From positions 1 to 43,876 of the IMG/VR virus record IMGVR_UViG_3300037780_000078: 43,876 nucleotides of DNA. One strand, given 5' to 3'. Below, in pieces: positions 18,832 to 27,430 of this stretch (position 1 is the stretch's first letter; every line of letters starts with the position of its first letter). Below the pieces are notes generated by a model. The model saw nothing but the letters and a program-made list of their open reading frames with translations, was not told the DNA's origin and made no database searches. A program made the position numbers and the translations under genes. This DNA comes from a virus. Lineage: Duplodnaviria; Caudoviricetes.

Positions 18832-19294
18832 GCCCACCCCCACCCCTACCGAGGAGATCCGGTTCGAGGACATCATCGACCTGCTCCGCCCCCACTCAGT
18901 CTCAGTCCACGCAGTGACGCCGAGCGACTCAGTGGCCACCCACCGCATTGAGCCGAGGGAGCGAGCTGTCCAGATGATGCTCTCCACCCTGCTCCCTCGG
19001 ATCGAGATTCTCCTGAGGACCAGCATTGCCCCAGCCCCGAGCGAGAGTCAGCCGGGGCGGGTGGTACAGGAGGGTGAGACACTCTGGCGAGCAGATCTGT
19101 ACCTCACGACCCTCCAGCAGATCCAACCCCCAGCTGGCATGCTCCGCAGACTGGCGGACCATCTGGGCTCAGTCCGGGTTCCGGTGCACCCTCTTCTTGG
19201 TGTGCCTTCCGAGGCTGATGATACCTCCGATGGTGTCCCAGTCCCACCGGGCAGGCCCGCCACCCCAGCGCCCCGCGATCCAGCTGGGGACTAG
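18824..19294 (+). CDS. Hypothetical protein
   Basis: GGAGG SD before MAEPTPT; 3' end overlaps the convergent nuclease gene by 126 bp. Confidence 0.55.
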   Translation: MAEPTPTPTEEIRFEDIIDLLRPHSVSVHAVTPSDSVATHRIEPRERAVQMMLSTLLPRIEILLRTSIAPAPSESQPGRVVQEGETLWRADLYLTTLQQIQPPAGMLRRLADHLGSVRVPVHPLLGVPSEADDTSDGVPVPPGRPATPAPRDPAGD

Positions 19295-19654
19295 CGCATC
19301 AGCCTCCGTCTGGGGCAGGCCCTCCTGCCCCAGACGCCCTGCCCAGGACCCGCGCACGAGCCACAGCTCGTCCACAGCAGGACCCTTCCTCGGCCCACCA
19401 GAGTGCTGCCGACGAACAGCGATGAACGTCCTCCCCCCGACCCTGTTCCTGTGTAGGTGCCAGCCTATCTGCTCAGGACTCAGGTCCACGGCCCAGGCCT
19501 CAGTCCGCTTGTACTCGACCCAGCCCTCCACGCCACCAACGCAGAAGTTCGAGTCCGGGATGCCCAGACCGGTTCCGCCAGTCTCGACGCTCTGCCAGTG
19601 CCACCCACTGCGCAGCCGCTCCCTGAACGTCTTCCTCAGTCCACCGTCGATCAT
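19169..19654 (-). CDS. PD-(D/E)XK nuclease (VRR-NUC / Holliday junction resolvase-like)
   Basis: VETGGTGLGIPDS...GWVEYK...LSPEQIGWH. Confidence 0.85.
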   Translation of the reverse strand: MIDGGLRKTFRERLRSGWHWQSVETGGTGLGIPDSNFCVGGVEGWVEYKRTEAWAVDLSPEQIGWHLHRNRVGGRTFIAVRRQHSGGPRKGPAVDELWLVRGSWAGRLGQEGLPQTEADALVPSWIAGRWGGGPARWDWDTIGGIISLGRHTKKRVHRNPD

Positions 19655-19896
19655 CCGCTCTTCTCCAGGACCATTCGCATCTCACCCGGAGCACGATGGA
19701 ACGTGATCGTGTACAGACCCGGACCGACCACATCTGTGGTCGGAACAACAACCTCAGTGAGCTCGACGGAGTCGCCTGGTTGTGACAGGTGGTCGAGCAC
19801 CTGCCACCCGCAGAGTTTGCAGACCATCTCTACCACTGATCTGAGCTCCAGCTCTCTGTCGTGCTGGATGTGTATGAGTGTTCTCCTGGGTGTCAC
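19651..19896 (-). CDS. Hypothetical protein
   Basis: 81 aa, overlap-coupled on both sides; CxxC. Confidence 0.55.
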   Translation of the reverse strand: MTPRRTLIHIQHDRELELRSVVEMVCKLCGWQVLDHLSQPGDSVELTEVVVPTTDVVGPGLYTITFHRAPGEMRMVLEKSG

Positions 19897-20387
19897 AGCT
19901 CGTCCTCCTGGTCGGCGAGGAGTGACGCAGCCTCCCCCAGCGCAGTGTCTGCGTGGAGTAGGACGCTCCTCAGCTGGCTCAGACCCTCGCTGGTGAGGAT
20001 GTCGGGCCTCTGCAGGCCCCGGCTAAGCGCCCCAGCTACCCTGGCCACCCCTGTGCACGCCCTGGAGAGCTCCTGGAGCGCGTCCGAGGCCCCCGCCGCT
20101 ACCCTAGCCCCGCTACCGCGCCTCCACACCCCCACATCAGCTGCAAGCGCGCGGACCGCCTCCCCACTACCCACATAGACAGGGGGCGGGGGAGATCTGC
20201 CCGTTGCCACGTCTAGCCAGACGCAGCCGGTGCGCATCACCTCCTCCAGCTCGGACTCCGCCAGCCGCCAGCAGGAGACGGTGTCTCTGCCGTTGCGGAA
20301 TGCGTACATCGCCATGACTGTGTCCTCGTCCCCGGCTGGGGGCAGGAGGCGCAGATTGCACCCATCGAACTCAACCGGCTCACCCAT
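19893..20387 (-). CDS. Hypothetical phage protein
   Basis: GGAGAGG SD; VSCWRL...ELEEV..TG.VWL...PPV motif seen in small phage proteins. Confidence 0.7.
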   Translation of the reverse strand: MGEPVEFDGCNLRLLPPAGDEDTVMAMYAFRNGRDTVSCWRLAESELEEVMRTGCVWLDVATGRSPPPPVYVGSGEAVRALAADVGVWRRGSGARVAAGASDALQELSRACTGVARVAGALSRGLQRPDILTSEGLSQLRSVLLHADTALGEAASLLADQEDEL

Positions 20388-20444
20388 TTGTACCTCTCCT
20401 GTCAGTGACTTGCACGAAAGTCTGTCTCCACCTCTCAGGTGGGG

Positions 20445-20511
20445 TTTACATTCTCGCCTGGCTGGACCACAATGTGCCCATTGCTACCAGCCAAGGAGAT
20501 ACAGCAATGAC
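20445..20511 (+). promoter_or_regulatory. Promoter TTTACA-N17-CACAAT plus RBS-enclosing leader hairpin
   Basis: CATTGCT-accagccaaggagatac-AGCAATG; 33 nt identical to 38020-38052. Confidence 0.75.
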
Positions 20512-21019
20512 CATCAAGATCGAACGCACCAAGACCGCCACTCTGGTTGAACTCTACAACGCCATCTCTGAGCGTCCTGTCAAGAAGTTCAAGGACCGTC
20601 CCACGGCCGAACTGCGCCTGCGCAAGGCCCTGGAAGACCAGGATCTGGTTCTGTCCGCCACCACGGGTGGCGCCGAGCCGGTTGCCAGCGTGGTGGAGAT
20701 GGCCGACGAGGTCGGTGGCGGAGCCATCTACATCGTCCGGGCCTCGGAGGCCCCGGCCCCCGCCACGGACGCCACCCGTGTCATCACGCTCCTGGTCCCG
20801 AACGCCAAGCGGATGCGCTACCGGGGCGAGCGCAGCGACGCCGCTCTGCGCTATGACCAGTACAAGGACGGCATGACCGTTGCCGAGTACATCGCCGCGG
20901 TCGAGAAGCTCTACACCACCAACAAGCGCTTCAAGGCCAAGAAGGAACTGGCCACCCGCCGCGCTCGGGCCGACCTGATCCACGACGAGGCCAAGGGCTT
21001 CATCCGGATCTCTGCCTAG
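20507..21019 (+). CDS. Hypothetical protein, paralogue family member 2 (stand-alone cassette)
   Basis: Own promoter and SD; C-terminal RYDQYKDGMTV...DLIHDEAKGFI; antisense to its neighbours. Confidence 0.85.
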   Translation: MTIKIERTKTATLVELYNAISERPVKKFKDRPTAELRLRKALEDQDLVLSATTGGAEPVASVVEMADEVGGGAIYIVRASEAPAPATDATRVITLLVPNAKRMRYRGERSDAALRYDQYKDGMTVAEYIAAVEKLYTTNKRFKAKKELATRRARADLIHDEAKGFIRISA

Positions 21020-21046
21020 CGGGCCGAGACAACCACAGAACCACCA

Positions 21047-21079
21047 GAAGGGGGCCGGGCTCACAGCTCGGCCCCCTTC
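21047..21079. terminator. Hairpin between convergent genes, overlapping the polA stop
   Basis: GAAGGGGGCCGGGC-TCACA-GCTCGGCCCCCTTC. Confidence 0.6.
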
Positions 21080-23070
21080 ATCTTTGCGTAGGCCTGGTCC
21101 CAGGTCATGCTCGCATCGCCCCAGCAGGTCCCGTACTCCTCGTCCACGCGCATGGGAACCTCGAGCTGAACAACCTCACGCATTATCTGGCCGATGCGCT
21201 GGCCGACGACCGGGTCTCCCATGCTGAAGTCCAGCTCGTCGTGCATCTGGAGCAGGGGAATGTGGCCCTCCCTCCAGCAGGCGCGCATGGCCAGCTTGGT
21301 CTGGCGAGCGGCCGAGCCCTGAATGAGGCGGTTCATGGCCTTGTGGGTGAAGGCCCGGCTGAGCCTCTCGTGCGGCTTGCCCATGGCCCTGAGGCGTGAG
21401 TGGGCAGCCTTGATGGCCAGCGGTCGACCGAACTTGCCCTCTCCGTCTCCCCGCAGGTCCCAGTCACGGGGCTCCCAGAGGTCGAACCGGGACCGGGCTC
21501 CGTCCAGGAGCTTGACCCAGCCCCTCTGGTCAGCCACCCGCTGGCAGTACTCACCCAGCCCCCGGACAAATGGCATCTCGTCGTCGTACTGGCTCATGAT
21601 CGCTCGAGCCTCCTCGAGCGTCTTGTTGGTCATGAGTGCGAACTTGGGGATCCCGGCCCCGAATGCCTTGGCGAAGTTAGTGTCCTTGGCTGGCTTGCGC
21701 TCCAGGCCTGTCATGTCGGACACCATCTGGTGGAAGTCCGCCTCGTCGTCCTCTCGGTACTTGGCCACAGCCTCCTCAGCCCGCAGCTGGTTGGTGAGGT
21801 AGGCGAAGTGCACGATCAGTCTGTACTCCTGCTGGCTGTAGTCCGGGGCGAACCACAGCTCGCCCGGCTCGGGCAGGAACACCCCACGCACAGCCTGCTT
21901 CATGTCAGCGTCACGGCTGGGCATCTGCTGCAGCGCGGGTGCTGAGTACGAGAACCGGTAGGACCGGGTGCCTCCATCGTCCGACATGTACTGGTTGATG
22001 TTGGGGTGGATCCTGCCCCGGTGGGCGAAGTCCTGGATGAAGTTGCCCAGGAACTTCTTGGCCGTCTCGTGGGTGCGCTTGATCTGGGCCACCAGCCGGG
22101 GCAGCTCGTGGTCGTGGTCGCGCATCCAGTCCGACTCGAAAGATGGCTTGGGGTTGGTGGGGTGGTTGGTGTGCGGGTACGCGATCCCCGCATCGTCGTG
22201 GACCTGCGCGAGCCAGGCGTTAGACAGGACGTCTCCCATGGTGACAGTGCGCTGCCAGCCCACCACGTCCGTCAGGCGACGGAGCATGTCATCCCTGGCA
22301 GAGTACAGCTGACGCTGCGTCACGTCTGCCTGGTCGAGGTCGACCCGAATGCCCCTGCGGCGCATCTCCAGTACCATTGGCACCAGGTCCATCTCCAGCT
22401 GGTAGGCAGGCTCGACACCCTGGTTGCGGATCTGGGGGAGCAGGCGCTCATGCAGCTCGAGCGTGCGGATGGCGTCGTCGATGGCGTACTCAGCCACGTA
22501 GCGGGCAGGGATCCGCCAGAGGTTGGCCTTGACCTCCCCCTTGCGGAACCCGTACTGAGCTGCCACAGCCCGGAGGTTGTCCTCACTCTTGCCCGCACCC
22601 ACGTAGTCGCGAGCCACAGCATCCAAGTTGTACCTCCCCCGCCCTCTGTTCTCGTCGAGCATGTAGACCTGGCACATGGTGTCGTGCACGACTGGGGGCG
22701 GGGGGATGTCGAGGTCTGACTGCAGCCACCCGAGGTCGTAGGGTCCGTTGAAGAATACCTTCGGCTGGTCGGTGGCCATGTGGTCCAGCAGCCAGCGCCT
22801 GACGCGCTCGCGGTCCAGGCAGTCGGTCTCGGGGTGGCGGATGGGGAAGTACTCACCCCAGATCTGCCCCGGCTCTCGTCGAGCTGCCACCGAGACCCCG
22901 GCGATGTATCCGTTGCCGTAGGCCCAGCCCGGCCCCATCCCCAACTCGAGACCACCATCTCGGGTCTCGGTGTCCAGGGCCAGGGCCGGGCAGTGTCTCA
23001 GGTCCGGGAGGTCGCTGGGCACCTGCCAGCTGGGCTCGTCGAACATGAAGTCCATGTGGAACTGTCTCAA
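21061..23070 (-). CDS. polA: Family A DNA polymerase with 3'-5' exonuclease
   Basis: Exo motifs DTET / FNGPYD / YAIDD; motif A DYSQQEYR, motif B RKPAKDTNFAKAFG, motif C HDEL. Confidence 0.96.
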   Translation of the reverse strand: MRQFHMDFMFDEPSWQVPSDLPDLRHCPALALDTETRDGGLELGMGPGWAYGNGYIAGVSVAARREPGQIWGEYFPIRHPETDCLDRERVRRWLLDHMATDQPKVFFNGPYDLGWLQSDLDIPPPPVVHDTMCQVYMLDENRGRGRYNLDAVARDYVGAGKSEDNLRAVAAQYGFRKGEVKANLWRIPARYVAEYAIDDAIRTLELHERLLPQIRNQGVEPAYQLEMDLVPMVLEMRRRGIRVDLDQADVTQRQLYSARDDMLRRLTDVVGWQRTVTMGDVLSNAWLAQVHDDAGIAYPHTNHPTNPKPSFESDWMRDHDHELPRLVAQIKRTHETAKKFLGNFIQDFAHRGRIHPNINQYMSDDGGTRSYRFSYSAPALQQMPSRDADMKQAVRGVFLPEPGELWFAPDYSQQEYRLIVHFAYLTNQLRAEEAVAKYREDDEADFHQMVSDMTGLERKPAKDTNFAKAFGAGIPKFALMTNKTLEEARAIMSQYDDEMPFVRGLGEYCQRVADQRGWVKLLDGARSRFDLWEPRDWDLRGDGEGKFGRPLAIKAAHSRLRAMGKPHERLSRAFTHKAMNRLIQGSAARQTKLAMRACWREGHIPLLQMHDELDFSMGDPVVGQRIGQIMREVVQLEVPMRVDEEYGTCWGDASMTWDQAYAKMKGAEL

Positions 23071-23081
23071 GTGTGCCTCGC

Positions 23082-23180
23082 TCAGTCTCGGAAGAACTGG
23101 TACCAGGCCAGTCCCAGAGTGACGCAGCTGACCACACTCAGGACGACCAGGAGGACCATGCCAGCGATGTCAGGAGTCAC
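23082..23180 (-). CDS. Single-TM microprotein (32 aa)
   Basis: GTG with GAGGGAG SD; MTPDIAGMVLLVVLSVVSCVTLGLAWYQFFRD*; fills the gap between genes. Confidence 0.55.
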   Translation of the reverse strand: MTPDIAGMVLLVVLSVVSCVTLGLAWYQFFRD

Positions 23181-23928
23181 TGTCGTACTCCCTCTCGGGA
23201 CCAGCCTCGATCTTACCACTGCTGATGAAGCAGTACGAGTACGGATCGTACTGCCGATCCTCCCCCAGCTTGATGCGCTGGGGACACAGTGGTAGGGTGA
23301 AGCGGCAGCCCAGGAGGCGGGGCAGCAGCCACCCGGACACCTTGAGCCCAGTTCTGGGCCTGTCTGCTGTCTCCATGACCGGCTCGCTGGCGTAGACCAG
23401 GTCAGCGTTCGTGCCATCAGTCAGCTGGTCGTCGTCGACCACGTCTGCGTACCAGTATCCCCGGATCTGTGGGGGCTGGTTCTCGTGGTGGTAGACCAGC
23501 ATCGGCATGTCCTCGGCACGCCTCGGCAGGTACCATGACGGGACCATGTCCGACGTGGTGTACAGTGCTGCGTCTGAGACCAGCTCCACACCGTCGCTCA
23601 CTGCAGCAGTGAGAACACTGGTGAGATCCGCGATGCCGCGCTCGGACTCGTCGAGGCGCACGAGCTCAGACTCAACCAGCAGCAGGTATCGACGCAGGTC
23701 GCGGATCTCGGCCAGTGGTGTACCATCCGACCCGTCACCCGGCTCCCGGAAGATGTCGTATGCGCGCTCGATCATCATCTCCTCGATGCGGTCCCACTTG
23801 CGGGCCAGCATCATGAACGCTCCGATGCCCCCGCGCTTCTTCCAGGAACCCCGGTACGTCTCCTCCTTGAGGCGCACCTGGTCGCAGTCTGTGCGTGCGA
23901 TGTGGTCGATGAAGTTGAGGTGGGTCAT
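23170..23928 (-). CDS. Nucleotide-modification-associated (Nmad1/DUF1599, MazG-like helical) protein with C-terminal extension
   Basis: KEETYRGSWKKRGGIGAFMMLARKWDRIE...EIRDLRRYLLLVE; context of hmU phages. Confidence 0.65.
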   Translation of the reverse strand: MTHLNFIDHIARTDCDQVRLKEETYRGSWKKRGGIGAFMMLARKWDRIEEMMIERAYDIFREPGDGSDGTPLAEIRDLRRYLLLVESELVRLDESERGIADLTSVLTAAVSDGVELVSDAALYTTSDMVPSWYLPRRAEDMPMLVYHHENQPPQIRGYWYADVVDDDQLTDGTNADLVYASEPVMETADRPRTGLKVSGWLLPRLLGCRFTLPLCPQRIKLGEDRQYDPYSYCFISSGKIEAGPEREYDSDS

Positions 23929-24485
23929 GTCCACTTTGCAATCTCCACGATCTTCTCGAGGACAGCATCGCGGTCCTCCTGGTCCAGGTCCCGCACCATG
24001 TGCCGGACGATCTCACGCAGACCGTCGTAGACGTCATCGAGCCGGTGGTCACCGGCCAGCTGAGCCTCGCGGGCGAACTCCACCATGTCCAGAAGATCGC
24101 AGATCTTGAGGCGAGCCGCGTCCAGAGCAGTGACCGAGTTGTGTGTGGGAAGCTCCATCACGATGGATGCCTCATGCTCGAGGCGGGTCAGAACCTTCTT
24201 GAGGTCAGACCCGGTCTCGCCGAAGCGCTTGGCCGAGAACGGCACGTCGCCGGTCACCAGCTCGGCTGCGTCATGGTACATGACCGACATGAGGACGTGG
24301 CTGGAGGGCACACCGAACATCTCGATGTACAGACGCATCACCTGCCAGGTGTGCTCAGCAACGTTCTGGGAGCGGTGGGTCGGGCGTGTGTGCCAGCGCT
24401 GCACCAGCCCCGCGAACCGGGGGTGTCGGAGACAGGTGGGTCCCGTCGTCGACACGTGGAGTACTGTGTCTCCCATCTTGGTCAT
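23925..24485 (-). CDS. HD-domain 5'-deoxynucleotidase (YfbR-like)
   Basis: VQRWH...QNVAEH...YHDAAE..TGDVP...KICDLLD. Confidence 0.88.
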   Translation of the reverse strand: MTKMGDTVLHVSTTGPTCLRHPRFAGLVQRWHTRPTHRSQNVAEHTWQVMRLYIEMFGVPSSHVLMSVMYHDAAELVTGDVPFSAKRFGETGSDLKKVLTRLEHEASIVMELPTHNSVTALDAARLKICDLLDMVEFAREAQLAGDHRLDDVYDGLREIVRHMVRDLDQEDRDAVLEKIVEIAKWT

Positions 24486-25522
24486 GCCTTCCTCCGCCGC
24501 TCGAGCCACTCCACGGCAGCAGTCCGCCAGTCGATCGCCGGCATCCTGCGCAGCATCTCCACCGCAGCATCCACGTCACCGCTCTCTCGCCACTCCCGGT
24601 GGGCGAGCAGGAGAGGGGCAGCAACGAGGTGGAACCAGGGGTTGTCACCGGACATGTCGGACTGACGCAGGAGCGGCCCAGGGTCGCTGTGCTCGACCAG
24701 CCCACAGAACACCTCACAGTCCCGCAGGAAGTGGCCCGGCTCCGCCACCATGGGGAGGGTGGGGCCGTACGGCTCCGGGGTCTCCCGGATGATCTGCTGC
24801 ATCTTCTCGACCGAGAAGTTGTCCGTGTACGCGTGGTAGTTGTTGGACAGCTGGTACAGTGTCCCCACACGCACCCCGATGGCTGCTGCCATGTACTCCT
24901 GCAGAACGGAGAAGTGCACAGCATTGGCACCATGAGCACCCCAGATGGCGTCGTTGGATCGACAGCAGACGGTGAGGTCCAGGCACCCACCCACCACTCT
25001 CGGATAGATGTGTGTGTTGCAGGGCAGGTCGGCCGGCTCAGGGAACGGCTGGTTCGTGCTCTCGTCCAGTTCCTCGGGGTCCCAGATGTCCATGTTCGGG
25101 TCCCACATGGCAATCACCACCCGGCGATCGAGCATGTTGCGACGGAGGCGCGTGACAGCCACCTGGATCTGGTCGTAGTCGAACGACCTGCGCCAGCGAT
25201 GCCCGTAGGCACCCCAGATCAGACCGTCCAGATGGTTGTCGCCGAAGCGCTCGGAGAAGTTGCGGACCCAGCGGTCCAGGAACACACCGTCACTGCGGCC
25301 AGCCAGCATCCAGATGGACTCGAACAGATGGAAGAATGGGTTGGCATCCCGCGTCGGACTGCGCAGCACCCGCTGGGTGGGGTTGGCTGTCACCGTCATG
25401 ACCGGCTGGTCCAGGACCAGCACGGACCCAGCCCGACTGGCATCCCGTCGGCCGTCAACAGTCAGGAGGCGCATGCCTCCGATGAGGGCCTGTCGGACCC
25501 CCGTGGCTCTGATTACATGCAT
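24482..25522 (-). CDS. Thymidylate synthase homologue, probable dUMP hydroxymethylase
   Basis: RDANPFFHLFES.WMLAGR, GAYG.RWR, DLPCN (catalytic Cys), RSND.IWGA.GAN (Asn at the dUMP-specificity position), NNYHAY; resembles YuA/M6-type enzymes. Confidence 0.88.
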   Translation of the reverse strand: MHVIRATGVRQALIGGMRLLTVDGRRDASRAGSVLVLDQPVMTVTANPTQRVLRSPTRDANPFFHLFESIWMLAGRSDGVFLDRWVRNFSERFGDNHLDGLIWGAYGHRWRRSFDYDQIQVAVTRLRRNMLDRRVVIAMWDPNMDIWDPEELDESTNQPFPEPADLPCNTHIYPRVVGGCLDLTVCCRSNDAIWGAHGANAVHFSVLQEYMAAAIGVRVGTLYQLSNNYHAYTDNFSVEKMQQIIRETPEPYGPTLPMVAEPGHFLRDCEVFCGLVEHSDPGPLLRQSDMSGDNPWFHLVAAPLLLAHREWRESGDVDAAVEMLRRMPAIDWRTAAVEWLERRRKA

Positions 25523-25534
25523 GTTCTGTCCTCC

Positions 25535-26386
25535 TCAGACAGGTCTCAGGTCAGCCCGCTCGACTGCCTTCTTCCAGTAGATGGTCACCTCGGTCCGCTC
25601 ACCGGCCATGGGACCAGACTTATTGGTCTTCGTCCGGGTCCGTACAATGTCCGGGTGGAGCTCGGCCAGCTTCTCCGCTGTGCTGTCCAGCTGCTCCAGT
25701 GGGCGCGAGCCCGACAGGCCCCCAGGGGCATCAGCTGCCCGGTGACCCTGGGCCCAGTGGAACGTGACCAGGTTGGGCAGGCCCCGACGCATCAGCTGCA
25801 GGGAAACGTCCAGATCTTCGCGGCCCTCGACCTCCTCACGGAACCGCACTCGCCCACCGGGAACACCCCGACGGAACGGCTCCAGAGAGTATGCCACCGC
25901 ACGGATGCCTCGCGTAGCCTCGGCCTCTGCCCCGATGCCCGGTGTACGGTTGTTGCCCTCGCGCATGGAGACAGCCGCGTGGAAGTACCCACGACGCACG
26001 ACTGCTCGCCGCAACCACTGGATCATTTCGCGAAAGTCCTGTTCGTCACAGGGGCGGAGCTTGTAGTCCCAGCCCGGCTCACCCTCGGGGATCTTGCCGC
26101 GCACGATAAAGTGCAGGTCATCGTCGAGCATCACGATATTCTGGTTACCCATCTCGATCGCGCTGTCGATGATCCACTGGCGGGTGGTGGCGATGCCACT
26201 CACAGCCCCCTCTGGTATCACCCAGATGTCGTCCTTGTCACGACCCAATCTGCGCCGCATCTCCTCATAGGCATCAGCCTCCCCAGCACGAACCACCAGG
26301 GTCAGCGGGAAGTCCTTCGGCACATGCTCGAAGGTCTGTGCCTCCCCGTTGCTGTGCCGGCGATATGTCGGTACGATCACACGCAT
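25535..26386 (-). CDS. GT-A fold DNA-base glycosyltransferase (TAGT / base-J glucosyltransferase-like)
   Basis: VIVPTYRR, GIATTRQWI, MLDDDL (DxD), EDLDVSLQL..RG..N, APGG. Confidence 0.8.
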   Translation of the reverse strand: MRVIVPTYRRHSNGEAQTFEHVPKDFPLTLVVRAGEADAYEEMRRRLGRDKDDIWVIPEGAVSGIATTRQWIIDSAIEMGNQNIVMLDDDLHFIVRGKIPEGEPGWDYKLRPCDEQDFREMIQWLRRAVVRRGYFHAAVSMREGNNRTPGIGAEAEATRGIRAVAYSLEPFRRGVPGGRVRFREEVEGREDLDVSLQLMRRGLPNLVTFHWAQGHRAADAPGGLSGSRPLEQLDSTAEKLAELHPDIVRTRTKTNKSGPMAGERTEVTIYWKKAVERADLRPV

Positions 26387-27339
26387 CTCTCAATGCCCTC
26401 CTCAAGGCTCACGAAGTCCCACTCGCGACCGAGCAGGCGCCACATCTTGTCCATGACCGGACGACGCCACTGCGGATCATCCGGCCGACCATCTCTCAGC
26501 TCGTAGGTCGCGTCCTCGTGGGCGCGACAGACCATTGCAGCCGCATCGAGCATATTGACCTGCTCGGGGTTCCCCACGTTGTAGACGTGGCAGCCGGTCG
26601 CACCCTGCCCCACCAGACTGCTCAGGGCAGTCAGGATCAGGTCGACCGTGTCGTCCACGTAGCAGAAGGAGCGGGTCTGGGTGCCCGGCTGGTGCACCGA
26701 GAGCGGCACCCCGGCCTCAGCCTGGCGCACCCACGTGTTGATCGCCCTGCCGTCGTCGGGCATGTTCGGTCCGTACGTGTTGAAGATCCGACAGACCAGC
26801 CCCAGCGCAGCGGAGTCCTGGCTGTTGGTGAACGACCACAGGAGGGACTCCATCATCCGCTTCGACTGATCGTACGTGCCGCGAACCGAGATGGTCTTCG
26901 CTCGCCCCGGCTCGTCCTCGGACATCGGACCCTGGGGCTGACCGTAGATCTCACTCGACGACGCAAGCACCAGCCGACCCCCCGCCCTCAGCGCACTCAT
27001 GCAGGTCTGGAGACCCAGCACATTCGCGCTGAAGATCTCCTGCCACTGGTCCGCAAAGACATCGGGGGAGGCGGGGGAGGCGAAGTGGAAGATGGTGTCG
27101 TAGCTGTGGTTCAGCGGGTGGGACACGCACTGGTGGCGGTGGCGGACGGGGATCTCGTGGTCCGCTGGGGTGAGGTTCACCGGAGGGGCCTTGCGGAAGT
27201 CGCCCGTGCTGCAGTTGTCGAGGAGGGTCAGGCTGGTGGCCATGTCCGCCCCGATGATGGCATGGGCGAGGGCGGAGCCAAGGAAGCCCGCCCCTCCGGT
27301 GATGAGTGTGTGTCCCAGCATCTGGGGTCGTGTTGTCAT
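26377..27339 (-). CDS. Extended SDR, UDP-glucuronate decarboxylase (UDP-xylose synthase)-like
   Basis: TGGAGFLGS, HFASPASP, ASSSEIYG, YDQSKR (YxxxK), RIFNTYGP.M..DGR, QTRSFCYVDD, NVGNP, DDPQWRRP: the UXS motif set in order. Confidence 0.85.
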   Translation of the reverse strand: MTTRPQMLGHTLITGGAGFLGSALAHAIIGADMATSLTLLDNCSTGDFRKAPPVNLTPADHEIPVRHRHQCVSHPLNHSYDTIFHFASPASPDVFADQWQEIFSANVLGLQTCMSALRAGGRLVLASSSEIYGQPQGPMSEDEPGRAKTISVRGTYDQSKRMMESLLWSFTNSQDSAALGLVCRIFNTYGPNMPDDGRAINTWVRQAEAGVPLSVHQPGTQTRSFCYVDDTVDLILTALSSLVGQGATGCHVYNVGNPEQVNMLDAAAMVCRAHEDATYELRDGRPDDPQWRRPVMDKMWRLLGREWDFVSLEEGIERCV

Positions 27340-27343
27340 TGTG

Positions 27344-27430
27344 CTACTTCCTTCTGCACATGCTGATGATGGATACTACCCCGGCCATCGCGACCAGGAC
27401 AAGACTGGTGATTAGCAGCGGATCAGACAT
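27344..27430 (-). CDS. Single-TM microprotein (28 aa)
   Basis: Hand-translated MSDPLLITSLVLVAMAGVVSIISMCRRK*; fills the intergenic gap; basic tail after the TM segment. Confidence 0.5.
   Translation of the reverse strand: MSDPLLITSLVLVAMAGVVSIISMCRRK

Noticed and set aside
19169-19294. 126 bp convergent gene overlap as a regulatory feature
   Set aside because: Both C-termini look like low-complexity run-ons; no supporting signal
24482-25522. dCMP hydroxymethylase (T4-like hmC pathway)
   Set aside because: The specificity residue is Asn, not Asp, and the motifs resemble dUMP hydroxymethylases. Disfavoured but not biochemically excluded.
24386-26506. 706 aa plus-strand ORF (and similar ones at 26338, 29001, 14534)
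   Set aside because: Antisense to well-supported genes; low-information translation
25535-27339. O-antigen/capsule conversion or virion glycosylation cassette
   Set aside because: No TM segments or GtrA/B-like genes; the GT resembles DNA-base GTs and is embedded with TS, HD and PolA
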